Part shown: positions 28,701 through 38,900 of the stretch, in pieces
Numbering within the stretch: position 1 is the first letter of the stretch
Layout of the letters: every line of letters begins with the position of its first letter
IMG/VR virus record: IMGVR_UViG_3300048507_001022
Coordinates: 1 to 61,690 of that record
Reading direction: 5' to 3' (one strand)
Origin: a virus
Taxonomy: Duplodnaviria; Caudoviricetes
DNA length: 61,690 nt
Notes under the pieces: model-generated
The model's database searches: none
What the model saw: only the letters and a program-made list of their open reading frames with translations
Told to the model about the DNA's origin: nothing
Program-made: the position numbers and the translations under genes

Positions 28701-30217
28701 TAATTACTAGGAACTAAAATTTTCTTTAACTTCAAATGATAATTCCTTTCTGGCATTTGAGAGAAATTTTTACTATCAAAAGTTAATTTACAAATTGCAG
28801 TATGAGGATAAAGCATTGGAAGATCAATTTCTTCAACAATATGCGTCAATTGAAGGTTTTTTGATTTACCGACCCCACCCACCTCTCCAACTTTTACAGA
28901 TGGATCAAGCTCTGCAGACAGTTTAATTATATTAAATACGACACCTTGACTTAATTCCTCTGAATTTATTTTTGCATTAAAGTTAACAATAATATCAAAT
29001 TGATAAGTTCCTGTAGCAATACCAGTTAATTCAAAGTAAGCGTTTTCAAGGTCATCACTTTCTTCGGTATTATCGCTTACACCATTATCCATTGGTTCAA
29101 GCTCGCATCCAGATTTAGGATCTAAAATATTAAAAGTTCCATTATGACGTTTCATTAATATAGCAAACCTAACAGTATTTGCGACAGTTTCGCCATCATC
29201 TTTTTGAATAAAAACCTCAGAACTTAAACATATTGTAATTCTTCCGACATTAGGATTACTTATCGTGTGAGAAAATATTTTAGCGCCTTGCTCAATTGCA
29301 TCGTCGATAATATCGTAATTCGCTTTCGCGTCGCCAGATGAATATGGGCCAGCTCCATAAAGAAGTTGTTTGTATTCTATAAAGGTATTTATTCCATAAG
29401 AAAGTATTTTAGTTTCATTATCTGCGCCCGCTTTTAGTTCTGGTATGATTTCTTGCTCGGATAATATATAATTATATGTGCCCTCTTCTTCTGAGTTAAG
29501 AGGAGTATTTTTTACTTGAACATTATTTAAGAAAATGCCTTCCTCTACGTTAGAATCCGCGACTAATGCGCCATACTTATTAACAAAGCCTTCAATTGGT
29601 CCCTCGCACAAAAGATCTAAAATTTCAGTTTGCACATAAGACTGGAGTGTATCTGCATTTTTAGAGTTGCTAAATTTTATAGTTCTATTTGATGAACTAA
29701 TTTGAGACGACCCAATTTTTAATCTGCCATAGCCAACAGGTACAGGAAAACCTTGAGCCCTGCGATTTTGCACTCCACCAAGTAAAAAAGATTTTGTGGT
29801 AGTTGAGTCCTTACGGTCTATTTCGGGAGGCTTAAAAAGAGCCTGCATCACAAAGGATATCGCAAGTGAAATCACAGACATAACTAGAACAGCCCCAATT
29901 CCCTCGAACGCCACACCAAAAAGAACAATTTCTAATCCTGTAGCACCTTGAACTATTGGAACGATATGAATTTCCTTAGATCCGTTATAATGCAATTCTT
30001 TTTCAGTATAAACGTCTTTTTCCGAGAGAGTGTCTTCGGGACGCTTTTTTAATAATACATATCTTTTTTGCTCGAAAAGTTCTTTGCAAAGATATTCTAA
30101 AAAGCCTTCAGAGTTTACATCTATAGCGCTCATCGCTTCTGGAATAGTGTCCACAGCGAGCTTCCACTTTTTACCAAAGCGTTTACCTAATTTACCATGT
30201 AAATATACCGTCTTCAC
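25754..30217 (-). CDS. tail tip protein, lambda gpI-gpJ fusion
   Basis: N-terminal VYLHGKLGKRFG...PVPVGYGRL (gpI), then DLLCEGPIEG, YPHTA, WSDNPAWIFFDML..RYGLG, DKWQLY..A.YCDELV, EPRF, GITSSSQARR (gpJ). Confidence 0.9.
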   Translation of the reverse strand: MKTVYLHGKLGKRFGKKWKLAVDTIPEAMSAIDVNSEGFLEYLCKELFEQKRYVLLKKRPEDTLSEKDVYTEKELHYNGSKEIHIVPIVQGATGLEIVLFGVAFEGIGAVLVMSVISLAISFVMQALFKPPEIDRKDSTTTKSFLLGGVQNRRAQGFPVPVGYGRLKIGSSQISSSNRTIKFSNSKNADTLQSYVQTEILDLLCEGPIEGFVNKYGALVADSNVEEGIFLNNVQVKNTPLNSEEEGTYNYILSEQEIIPELKAGADNETKILSYGINTFIEYKQLLYGAGPYSSGDAKANYDIIDDAIEQGAKIFSHTISNPNVGRITICLSSEVFIQKDDGETVANTVRFAILMKRHNGTFNILDPKSGCELEPMDNGVSDNTEESDDLENAYFELTGIATGTYQFDIIVNFNAKINSEELSQGVVFNIIKLSAELDPSVKVGEVGGVGKSKNLQLTHIVEEIDLPMLYPHTAICKLTFDSKNFSQMPERNYHLKLKKILVPSNYDPVARKYDGPWDGLFKGQDSDDQSVHAVSDEFKVWSDNPAWIFFDMLYNARYGLGKYGIEETNIDKWQLYKIAKYCDELVETDYPIETSTGAPRGFSTDNNMNEADEYFDIILDGNSYYSKSGNTQESGQSSYKAYSSAEFENEFGNGAEYRGRKIAFFIHQGSVSASQLKKKSALRIGEILIEERILHYSDPENKRVTISGPSFSSNPATQSNGSTYGACAVQINHPVVEPRFSANLLMHDRSDALQAMNSMCSIFRGIVAYSAGKILSIQDSFKNPSQLFTNSNIIGGGFRYSGMHKNKKFTASIIRFNNKDKGFRPDVVYEEDAEAMQKLGYQENETLGFGITSSSQARRLAKWMLFSSQLETETITFTAGQEASYLFPGSIFEVSDEMRAGRSNSGRVLGIFDKRKITDTLEIDDPFILIDRLILESPVIDRVEISITAGSTNSSYERIDLRSKFEKSEQDQDAEIVSVSAPQILRFDGMISVNPSLEVEGRSGQKTIVSNLLLKRDFQLSVSKNEFSIYDHKFVDGDRVRFVSDGQLPGGLDPDRISASAYYIINATKSTFQVSKNSNGAPVNITDIGKDRLGNIGGIHFVCPEDKTKTKEAVDQIQAGATYSIKGIIGTKSKLPLTLDQRTNLGLSPAAAESWNFSDIFGLVFNADNNGWLYVQGLHSWVYVKEIADRESGDDIWFYITSIGWVYTNTTLKNEYWYIFKHDEKNDNSSGWVYIYYDDAKKSNISKIFIYDNFTNAAANGSEYVIGEKYVGYIVDSSSSPQGYFFKFNSEIDEPSSLTLGEDNQSFDIGSSDFFYYKTSDISSVFKIDADDSLQQENAIRVELTEGHQIVLKNNITVEIKDVNSNIDGKWKILKVNDNMIELIDSQSQYASSSSTITISNQAKVNYLENPQSAIQRYLQSQLFRTISVKEVSENKYEVTGLEYNQAKFSNVDKKGVIRKPVLPIPPQADMAIPESPENLILTDLTK

Positions 30218-30246
30218 CTTACCTTAAACCTTATATCCTTATACAC
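30214..30246 (-). promoter_or_regulatory. GTGTAT motif followed by four tandem TAAGG
   Basis: GTGTATAAGGATATAAGGTTTAAGGTAAG-GTG. Confidence 0.6.
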
Positions 30247-30604
30247 CTACAGAATCGTAAATGTAAAAATCATCATCTCTTAAACTATATATTAAATATG
30301 GAATACATAATTCATCACACATTTTCTTATCTAATTTAGAAGGTTTAGAAGAACTATTCACATGAGAATGATAAATATATAATATATTATAATCTATTAA
30401 AATTTTTGGATTTATAGCGAAATGAATATTTTTTTTAGGACTAACATTTTCACACGGTTTAAAATATAAACCAGAATCATTATTAAAAATTATACCACAA
30501 GATTCTTGATCGGGAAATTTATGGGCATAAGTTTTTATTTCATCAAGAATTATATCAGGTATATTACTCAACAGGATATCTTTCTGTTCCAGGAAAACCT
30601 CCAA
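30239..30604 (-). CDS. gpK-like JAB/MPN domain protein (true start possibly TTG 30571)
   Basis: ESCG and YHSH....PS..D JAMM motif; position between L and I/J. Confidence 0.85.
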   Translation of the reverse strand: MEVFLEQKDILLSNIPDIILDEIKTYAHKFPDQESCGIIFNNDSGLYFKPCENVSPKKNIHFAINPKILIDYNILYIYHSHVNSSSKPSKLDKKMCDELCIPYLIYSLRDDDFYIYDSVGV

Positions 30605-31847
30605 ATCGAATACCGCGATGAGTTCGCTCGATTTTACTATGTTTTAAAAATGGATTGATGTTTTTAATAATACGACTCGGTTCATTTTGTCCATAAGCGA
30701 GCCAATGATCCCTACCCCAATCTTCTTTTGTTCGAGTATCACCATCGGCAACTTGATTATTATATGCGTTAATTAAATCTGTGTGATCATCAACATATTG
30801 CGCATAATCATGCCCGTCACCTGGATCAAATCTTTTTTTACAAGCTTCAATACTTTTTTGACATTCATCTTTTAACCAATATTCTTTATCAAAAAATGGG
30901 TGATGCTGACTAGCCAATGAATGTGTTTGAATACAAACAAACACGTGAGGCGTTGATTTGTATGGATTATTAGAATTTCTAGGAGTTATTTTTACCGTCT
31001 CTCCTAAATTATAACCGCTAGGATTAATATCTGGATCATTAGCATTTTTTGATCTTCCATTTCGGTTCCACTCCGGGATATCTAATAAGCCTCTAGAGTA
31101 AACATCAGGATCAACATAACCTAGATCGTAAACCCCTTGTGTGTCAGTAATTTCTGCATTTTTAGCGAATCCTTTAGTTAGATCTTTACCGTCAATAGTT
31201 TCAATAGCTAAACCTTTATATCCGCAACCAACAGAACATCTATATGTCCAATTACAATAATTTGACAATACAACCCTAGCAGGCACTCTAGATTCTTCTA
31301 ATTCTAAAGCGGAGACTAATTCAAACTGAATATGATCCTTAGTTTCTTCTGTTTTTTTATTTATGAAATATACATCATCAGGCAAATGAGAATCTGGATC
31401 TGATTTGCCAAACGGATTTTTACCTTTTTCATTCAGGTTTCTGTTTTGAAAATTATCATCATCTAAAAATCTAGCATAAGTTCTTTTTCTTGTAACCTTA
31501 CAGTTCGCGAAATCATCATTGGAATGAACTATATTTGATAATAAACCTTCTGGATTAGCAATTGTAAGCTTGGGCCTTGGCAACCTCCCATCTGCTCGAG
31601 CTTCAAACTCTTCTGCTTTAATAGGAAGTGGTTGATAGGCATAACCTTGCCAATAAATAGGATTTGTTCCATTTATCATTCCGCAAAATCTGTAAATAGG
31701 TTCAGAACCAATATTTATACCTTCTAAATCCTTTAGCATTTCAAAAGAGTGTTGTATATTACTAAAGTCTATTTCATAAAGATCGATTACGACATCTGGA
31801 TTGAGAGATGCGAGTTGTTTATTTAAATTTGAAATTGCTTTACTCAT
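30564..31847 (-). CDS. minor tail protein L-like
   Basis: IYWQG..YQPLPI, GRLPRPKLTIAN, RKRTYARFLD, CNWTYR...C, CQKSIEACKKRF, FGGFPG. Confidence 0.92.
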   Translation of the reverse strand: MSKAISNLNKQLASLNPDVVIDLYEIDFSNIQHSFEMLKDLEGINIGSEPIYRFCGMINGTNPIYWQGYAYQPLPIKAEEFEARADGRLPRPKLTIANPEGLLSNIVHSNDDFANCKVTRKRTYARFLDDDNFQNRNLNEKGKNPFGKSDPDSHLPDDVYFINKKTEETKDHIQFELVSALELEESRVPARVVLSNYCNWTYRCSVGCGYKGLAIETIDGKDLTKGFAKNAEITDTQGVYDLGYVDPDVYSRGLLDIPEWNRNGRSKNANDPDINPSGYNLGETVKITPRNSNNPYKSTPHVFVCIQTHSLASQHHPFFDKEYWLKDECQKSIEACKKRFDPGDGHDYAQYVDDHTDLINAYNNQVADGDTRTKEDWGRDHWLAYGQNEPSRIIKNINPFLKHSKIERTHRGIRFGGFPGTERYPVE

Positions 31848-34207
31848 TATAATGGAGATGAAATATATATTTTAAGTTCACCAGTTTGGGGGCTGTAAGC
31901 TGTAGAGCTATTAATTTCTATATCGCAATAGTAATATCGTTCATTATTTGAAACTACCAAATCATGCTCATCGGATGTGACAAAATTCGGATCTGTGCCA
32001 CTTACCCAATTTATTTGAGGCTCTTCACCAAAAAGATTGTGAGTAGGCTCAGTAATTTCTCCAGCAAGTATATTTTTATCTTGCTCGCTTACGCCATTAA
32101 ATTTTATATCAATATAAGCTTCTTCGCCGCCATCAATTTGTGTTGTCGTATTTTCTTTTAAAAATTCAGATATCGTAAAATATTCACAATCATAAAACTC
32201 AGTTGGGGAATTTGTTGAAACACCGGATTTTATTTGTCCTCTATTGTTTTGAAAAAATGTATTCTTCGCACCTTCAATCACCTCGGGATAGTAAGGATTT
32301 GACCCAGTCATAATATCAAACATATGTCCATTCTCAAGCCCATTACTATAAGATTTAGAAAATCTTACAACCTTATTTCTTAAATCGAATTGAGAAAAAT
32401 TTAAAGCACCACTGTTCGGTAAAGTAACTATATAATCATTTCTATTTAATAGATTTGGTTGCACTGCAGGAACATTGTTTCCCACTTGCCCTAATATAGA
32501 AAATGTATTTGGAAGTTGAGGATTAAGACTGGCACTAGTTAATGTAATAGGTTTATCTCCAATATTTTTTAAGAACATTCTTTTTTTTGCAACTTGATCT
32601 GTTGTTACTATGCCTCCTTGACCCTTAATTGCCAACGCAAGAGGAGAAGAGAAAACTAATTCTCCATCAGCTAATATCGGAGGAGATTGAGCCGAGTCTA
32701 ATTTTTCAGGATCTATATTAATAGGAAATTCTTCAAATTTCGCAGATATACTATGATTATTTTTATAATTGTATGTATGAGTCCATTCTTGACACACAAA
32801 ATTTCTTTTAGTATCGTACGGAGATGGAGGAGTAAAAGCAAAAGGTAAATACGCAAGATGTTGCTCTAAAAAATGCAGTATCGCATACGCTTCGTCATCA
32901 TCTCTATTGTTAAATTGAAGATTTAAATTGAGCAAGCTTTCATTCATGCCATCTTTATAAATTTGCGTATAACTTGTTCCCATAGCAATTTCTTGCATTC
33001 TTGGTTTTTGAGAAACACTTAATCCAATAGAAGGCTTCCAAAAGAAATCGCGCGTCCAATAGTCTTTATTTAAATCTTGATAATATCCGCTTTCGCGCGT
33101 CCAATTTAATTCGTCTGATACCGGAGGAACGTTTGAAACACCAACATCATAAGCATCACCACTATGAAAATAATAGTATCTATGATTTCCAGAAGCAAAT
33201 ACAACATCATTTTTTGAATAAAAAGCTGTGCCAGTATAATCATCTGCAGACTTGACATACAATTCTTGAGATTTTCTCAATATCGATGTATTTAAGTTTC
33301 TTAATCTTAAAGTAACATCATTACTATTTTCAAAATTTAAAGAATGATTAAATTCAGAACAATAAAATGTTTTTGACTGCATTTCATTTGAATCATATGG
33401 ATGAAAAGTTGCGTTACCATCCCATCTAAAACCCGAAATTCCTTGCGTATATGCCAAATTAGTAGATGCAGAATCTTTTTCCATTTGCCCAAAATGATTT
33501 TCAACAAAATGAATAATCGCATTCGCTTCTCGGCTTGTTCTATTCTTAAAATTTAAATCTACTTCAAAAGATAATGAATTTATATTTTTTGGCTGTAAAA
33601 CATAATATCCATTACCAAATTCTTGCTTAAAATTATTACCCTTAAAAGATGCAGAAGATCCATAATCAGCATCAAAAAAGAATAAATCAGTTGTCCATAC
33701 ATCAGGATCATTTGCGGGGCTTAAATTGATCCCAGATAAAGATATATTATTTGTAGACTCGGGTTCATAATTATTAACTTTAACATTTTCATTTATTCCC
33801 TGAATTTGAATTCGAATAGTTTCAGAGGAAGGATCTTGAAAATCCTCTTCTATTTTTAATATATTATAAAATCCATCAGAATTGCCAGTAGTTCCATTAA
33901 GGTAAACCCGTTGACCTTCGTGCAGTTCATTACCTACTGGGTTAGTTTGATATGCACTATCATAAATAAAATAAGAAGGTAATCCATTGATATGAGGCCC
34001 CTGAGTATCATCTATCGTAAATCTACCTGATCCAGAAATATATAAAGAACCACCATCAGCAACATCTTGTCTTGCATAATAAAATAATCCATCGCCAGTA
34101 TTAAAAACAAAATCAAATTTTTTATAATTAACTCCAGTCGTAAATATTCCAGAATAATTAGAGACATTTGTTTTCGGCATTAAACCGTCTATTTGCGGCC
34201 CACTCAT
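31847..34207 (-). CDS. minor tail protein with two gpM-like domains and C-terminal Ig-like region
   Basis: FGNGYY....NINSL..F.NR...EA.AI..F occurs twice; position between TMP and L. Confidence 0.75.
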   Translation of the reverse strand: MSGPQIDGLMPKTNVSNYSGIFTTGVNYKKFDFVFNTGDGLFYYARQDVADGGSLYISGSGRFTIDDTQGPHINGLPSYFIYDSAYQTNPVGNELHEGQRVYLNGTTGNSDGFYNILKIEEDFQDPSSETIRIQIQGINENVKVNNYEPESTNNISLSGINLSPANDPDVWTTDLFFFDADYGSSASFKGNNFKQEFGNGYYVLQPKNINSLSFEVDLNFKNRTSREANAIIHFVENHFGQMEKDSASTNLAYTQGISGFRWDGNATFHPYDSNEMQSKTFYCSEFNHSLNFENSNDVTLRLRNLNTSILRKSQELYVKSADDYTGTAFYSKNDVVFASGNHRYYYFHSGDAYDVGVSNVPPVSDELNWTRESGYYQDLNKDYWTRDFFWKPSIGLSVSQKPRMQEIAMGTSYTQIYKDGMNESLLNLNLQFNNRDDDEAYAILHFLEQHLAYLPFAFTPPSPYDTKRNFVCQEWTHTYNYKNNHSISAKFEEFPINIDPEKLDSAQSPPILADGELVFSSPLALAIKGQGGIVTTDQVAKKRMFLKNIGDKPITLTSASLNPQLPNTFSILGQVGNNVPAVQPNLLNRNDYIVTLPNSGALNFSQFDLRNKVVRFSKSYSNGLENGHMFDIMTGSNPYYPEVIEGAKNTFFQNNRGQIKSGVSTNSPTEFYDCEYFTISEFLKENTTTQIDGGEEAYIDIKFNGVSEQDKNILAGEITEPTHNLFGEEPQINWVSGTDPNFVTSDEHDLVVSNNERYYYCDIEINSSTAYSPQTGELKIYISSPL

Positions 34208-35106
34208 TTAATGATTTGCTTGATTGTAACAGATCCAGCGGAGTATTGGCCTTCGGCAATTGATAGAGATTGATTTTGTATTTTTCCAACGCAAGAAAAT
34301 TTAGCAATTTTACTACCATCAATAGAATATAAAAACGCAGAAATAGAAGAATCAGTTTGAGTATTTAATCCTTGTCCATATGTTTGCGATATTCCATATG
34401 GATTTAAATTAGAAACAATGTCATTCGCCTCAACACTCATTTCAGCTTCTATACTCTCAACAGAAACTCGCGTAGGAACAACGCCATCTGGAGAAGTATT
34501 TACAGATGTATGTTCGCCGTCTCTGATATGATTATATTCTTTTCTATTCACTACTATATTATAACCTAATTTTTTAATTTCAAAATCAGAACCTCCAGTC
34601 GATGCGTTCAAATTCCCAAAAGATTTTAAAGCATGAACAAAATCATTTTCTGTTTTACTTGTTTCCATTGCCGAACTTTTTCTTACTGATCCATATATAT
34701 TATAAGATGCAGTAGCTTCAATTATCTGAAACGGAGTCAAACTAAATCCAAAAGACTTTAAATACATATTATCAAATCTATATCTACCAACTAAATTATT
34801 ATGTATAGGATATTCATCCATACCATCTTTAATCTCAAACATGCGTTGAATATTATTAGTAATATTATCTTTTTTAAAATCTTCTGCAGTAATTAAAAAT
34901 GTTATATCTAAAGTGCCGCGAATACCACCGACTGGAGCAAAATTTACAAAATCAACTTTTGCACCTCCTGTTTCTGGATCGTAATCTCCGTATACTCTTT
35001 CTGCTTGCAGCGAGGGAGCTATAGATAGATTTGCGGATTTAACAAACAGGTCTTTTCCGCCGACCATAATCTTGCCTCGTTCAAATCTTAAAAAAGGATC
35101 ACTCAT
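34204..35106 (-). CDS. tail tube-like paralogue
   Basis: VKSANLS.....ERVYG, YLKSFGFSL; position in the tail operon. Confidence 0.5.
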   Translation of the reverse strand: MSDPFLRFERGKIMVGGKDLFVKSANLSIAPSLQAERVYGDYDPETGGAKVDFVNFAPVGGIRGTLDITFLITAEDFKKDNITNNIQRMFEIKDGMDEYPIHNNLVGRYRFDNMYLKSFGFSLTPFQIIEATASYNIYGSVRKSSAMETSKTENDFVHALKSFGNLNASTGGSDFEIKKLGYNIVVNRKEYNHIRDGEHTSVNTSPDGVVPTRVSVESIEAEMSVEANDIVSNLNPYGISQTYGQGLNTQTDSSISAFLYSIDGSKIAKFSCVGKIQNQSLSIAEGQYSAGSVTIKQIIK

Positions 35107-35990
35107 GAGACTGGATTGTGCAAGGTTTCGTAACCTTTATATGTTAAAGAAATTGATATTTCTCCTTCCACGCTGGAAGATATTGATTCGCTGATTAATC
35201 TTACATTACTACCCGTAAAAGAATTGATCATTTCGTCTGTCTGTCCATCTTTCAATTCTATTCTTACATTACTTTTCGGCGCAGAAATAATTCTATCTTT
35301 TATTTCTCTTATTTGATATTCATCTGCAATCATCGTAAAATTTATATCTGTTTCAATCGGATATTGAGTATCAACTTGAACTGGCTCTAAGTTCGCGTAT
35401 GCTGGCCCGCTATCTTCTTCCTTATCCCAATCATTTTTATTTCCTCTAGGAATAGCATATACAGGCAAAAGATTTAATGTTCTACTATAACTAAAATCAG
35501 TAATTGCATCTATACTAAAATCATCTACATTAATTAATATACTAGATTGATCTGGAAATTGAATAGGAGGATGAGTATTAGTTTCTGATTGAATGCTTAC
35601 TCCACTACCAAGCTGACCGTATACTCGAATATCTGTTTGAACATCAGGAATATCGCCAACAGTACAGCTGACAGTATATCTCGATATACGACCTTTATTA
35701 AACCCAAATCCTTTAGTATCGTTATCGTATAATATCGCGCCACTAATTTCTTGATTATCGTAAGTATATTTACCAAGGGAGTCGATTTCAATTAAAGGAT
35801 CGCGGCTCACCATTTTTCTAGATATTGAAAAGTCGCCTTCAAGTGGAGCATCTATCATCGCATCAACAAAACCAACACCAGCGACTTTTATTGGCTTTTC
35901 TGCTATACCATAACTTCCATTTACATCAACAACACCAGATAAAGCATAACCATTAACAATTACTTTTTGTTCGTAATTTGAATAACTCAT
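35103..35990 (-). CDS. tail tube-like paralogue
   Basis: ISRYTVSCTVGDIP matches VTNYSIEAAVGSMP of 47155..48441; LISESISSSV matches LEGESFSSSI. Confidence 0.6.
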   Translation of the reverse strand: MSYSNYEQKVIVNGYALSGVVDVNGSYGIAEKPIKVAGVGFVDAMIDAPLEGDFSISRKMVSRDPLIEIDSLGKYTYDNQEISGAILYDNDTKGFGFNKGRISRYTVSCTVGDIPDVQTDIRVYGQLGSGVSIQSETNTHPPIQFPDQSSILINVDDFSIDAITDFSYSRTLNLLPVYAIPRGNKNDWDKEEDSGPAYANLEPVQVDTQYPIETDINFTMIADEYQIREIKDRIISAPKSNVRIELKDGQTDEMINSFTGSNVRLISESISSSVEGEISISLTYKGYETLHNPVS

Positions 35991-38900
35991 GATTTTCCAC
36001 TCAACAAGCCTCCAGGTCTTTGCTCTTCAACAATCACACTTACTACTTGAGCTTTAATTCTTTCTGCTAGTTGAGATGAGTTTTGTTGCTCTTCAGATTT
36101 TTCTGCAGGATTTGTTCCAACATCAGAATCAGAGCTTTTTTCTTCAGAAGATTTACCGCGTTCCATATTAATTGATATATTAATATTATTAGTATTTCCT
36201 CCAGATATTCCAGAATCAGAAGATTCTTGCATTGGAGTTACAGGTCCACCTTCATTAAATTTGCCTGCATTAATCATGTCAAGCATGGGCTTTCCAAGTT
36301 GTCTTGCAGAACTCGCGCGAATAACATATTCTCCTTCGCTAAGCATTGCTGGAATTTGATCTATTCCAGATTTACCAGAAATATGACCGCCGCTGGCGTA
36401 TTTATTTATTTTTCCTCCGAGATAATTATTATTAACCCCAAAACGTCGCGGACCTTTAAGTCTTCCAGATAATCCACTCATGTTAAATCTAGCTAAAGTC
36501 GCATCGTCTAAATCAAGAGCGTGACGCATAACTCCTGAACCCCCTTCAGACACAGGGGTTATAGTGGCTCCGCCACCCTGATCTCCAGATAGAGGAGTTG
36601 AGTCTGCTCCCCCTAAATTTATACCTTGCATAGCGTAATTAATACCCACATTTGCAACTGTGCCAATAACTTGTTGTAACAAAGCTCTTCTTTTTGCTTT
36701 TTTTGCAAGAGCTTCCTGACGCTTCTTTTCTTCGGCAGCAAGCACTCCCATAAGAGCGCTTTCATCTTCTTGAAGAGCTACGCTACCAGCTTGACCACTA
36801 TAAAAATACCCGCTCATAGGTTTTGACTGATAAGCTCTTCCTGAAACAACATGTTTTCCTCCGCCAAATCCTGCTGAAACTGCAGATCCAGGAACTGCAC
36901 CTCCATCAGCAAAACCCCTAATTGAACCGCCGTAATATTTACCCATCCCAAGCATAGATCCAATTGCCTTAAACGGCGCAAAAATCATTTTAAATAATCC
37001 GCCGAACAAGTTATCGATAAAACCGCTTTGTCCTAAAGCTGCTTTAGATCCAGTTTCGCTTAAGGGATTAGGCTTGGACATAGGTGATTGAGGAGAACCT
37101 TCAAAAAATGCAGCTAAACCTGAACTTGGAGTTTTTTTGAAGCTAGCAGCGGCTTGAGCTTTTTTAAATTCTTGCTGATATAAACGCATATTATTTTCGT
37201 CGTCCAAAAAAGAAGTCATTCTTTGCCCCATGGTTCGTTGAGGCATCATACTGTATTCAGGTCTTGGAGCAAAAGCTTCAGCTAAGCTTGTTTGTTTGAT
37301 ACCCCTTGGAGCTGGATTTATTGGTTGACCAAATGCTTGTGCAAGACCCATGGTTGAACCTCCGTTAGAGAATCCAGGTAGTTTTCCTCCTGCATTTAAA
37401 CTATGCATAAAGGCTCCGCCATATTTATTTACGGCATTGCGATTCATGACATATTCGCCATTAGTAACCATAGCAGGAACTCCTCCTCCTCGAGAGTAAT
37501 TTCTGATATTACCCCCTCTGCTTCTAGGATTCATGTTAAATCCTAGACCACCTACAATAGAATATGCAGCTTGCTGCATGAGCGCTTGTTGTATTGCTCC
37601 TAAAAAGTTAATCGCGGCATCTGTTAGAGCATCATCAAGATCTTTAGCTCCATTAAGAGCATCAGTCATTGCTGAAGCTAAACCATCGGCGAAATTACGA
37701 GGAATATTTTGACCAAGCTCGTAGTTCATCATTTTAACTTGTTTTCCCATTTCAATTCGCGCATCTTTCATTCCTTCACCAAATGCCCCTGGACCAGTTT
37801 TTCGCGCATATTCTTTTTCTCTGATTCGTTGTAGTTTTTCTTCTTTTGAGATTTGAGCGTCTTTTAATCCAACTTGTCGCTCTAGTTCTTCTGTTATTTT
37901 CTTGGATTCCTTAGTTTGTTCAGCTTTAGCGTCATTGATTGACTGTTGGAGCGTTTTTAATAACTGCAATTCCTCAAGTTCTTTTTTCTGAGTTTTTTGC
38001 GCTTCTTCGTATTGTTTCTTATCAGTTTTTTGGTCTGCCTCGGGTCTTGTCGAAAATTCTGTGAGCTGTTCTTGTCTTTTTGTGGTGTCTTCGGTTAATT
38101 TTTTAATATATAAAGACGGATCATAGCCTGCTTTAGATTTTAAAACTTCTTCTTGCGCCGATATTGCGGTTGCAGATATTTCTGATAACTTAGATGGGTC
38201 TTGTATAATTTGCATTCTTTGCTCTTCGCTTAACCCTACTTTATCTGCAAAAGATTTTGTTGTAGAAAGTGCGCTCTTAATATATTCTGATTGAATATTC
38301 TGTTGCCGTTCTCCGACAAGCCTTTGTTGTTCTGCAAAAATTTCTTGTTGAGTTCGTGCTGGTCCAGCCCCAAATCTAGCAGCTTGCAATTCACTTGAAA
38401 TACCTCGCAACTTAGACGCGTAATCTAGATTACTAACATACGAGTCCATTTCACGATTAATATTTTCCATTAATGTTTTTCGCTCTGTAAGCTTCATATT
38501 TAAGTCGCGCTCTAATTGACTTTGCTTGTTTGTCAATTGTTCTTGCTTTTTTAGAGTATCAATAGCATTTTCGTACAATAAATTTCTATTCGAAACAATT
38601 TCATTTGCTTCTTGCTGTGTCTTGCCAATTTTTAATAGAATAGCCTCAAGTTCTTTTGCGTTCATTTTTGCAAGCTTGCCAGTTACATCAACCATGGTTT
38701 TATCTCCTGCCTCACCGCCAAACAATTCTTTTTTCAATTCTTGCTGCACGGCAGGTTTGCTGGTTATGTCTTGAATGAGCCCGGTTTTATAAGTTTTAGC
38801 AGCTTCTTCAGCTCCTGCTTCATATGCCTCAGAAGCTTTTAGCAGGCTTTTATTGTACTTAATTCTAACTTTTTGTTCCTCACTGATTAATCCACCAAGC

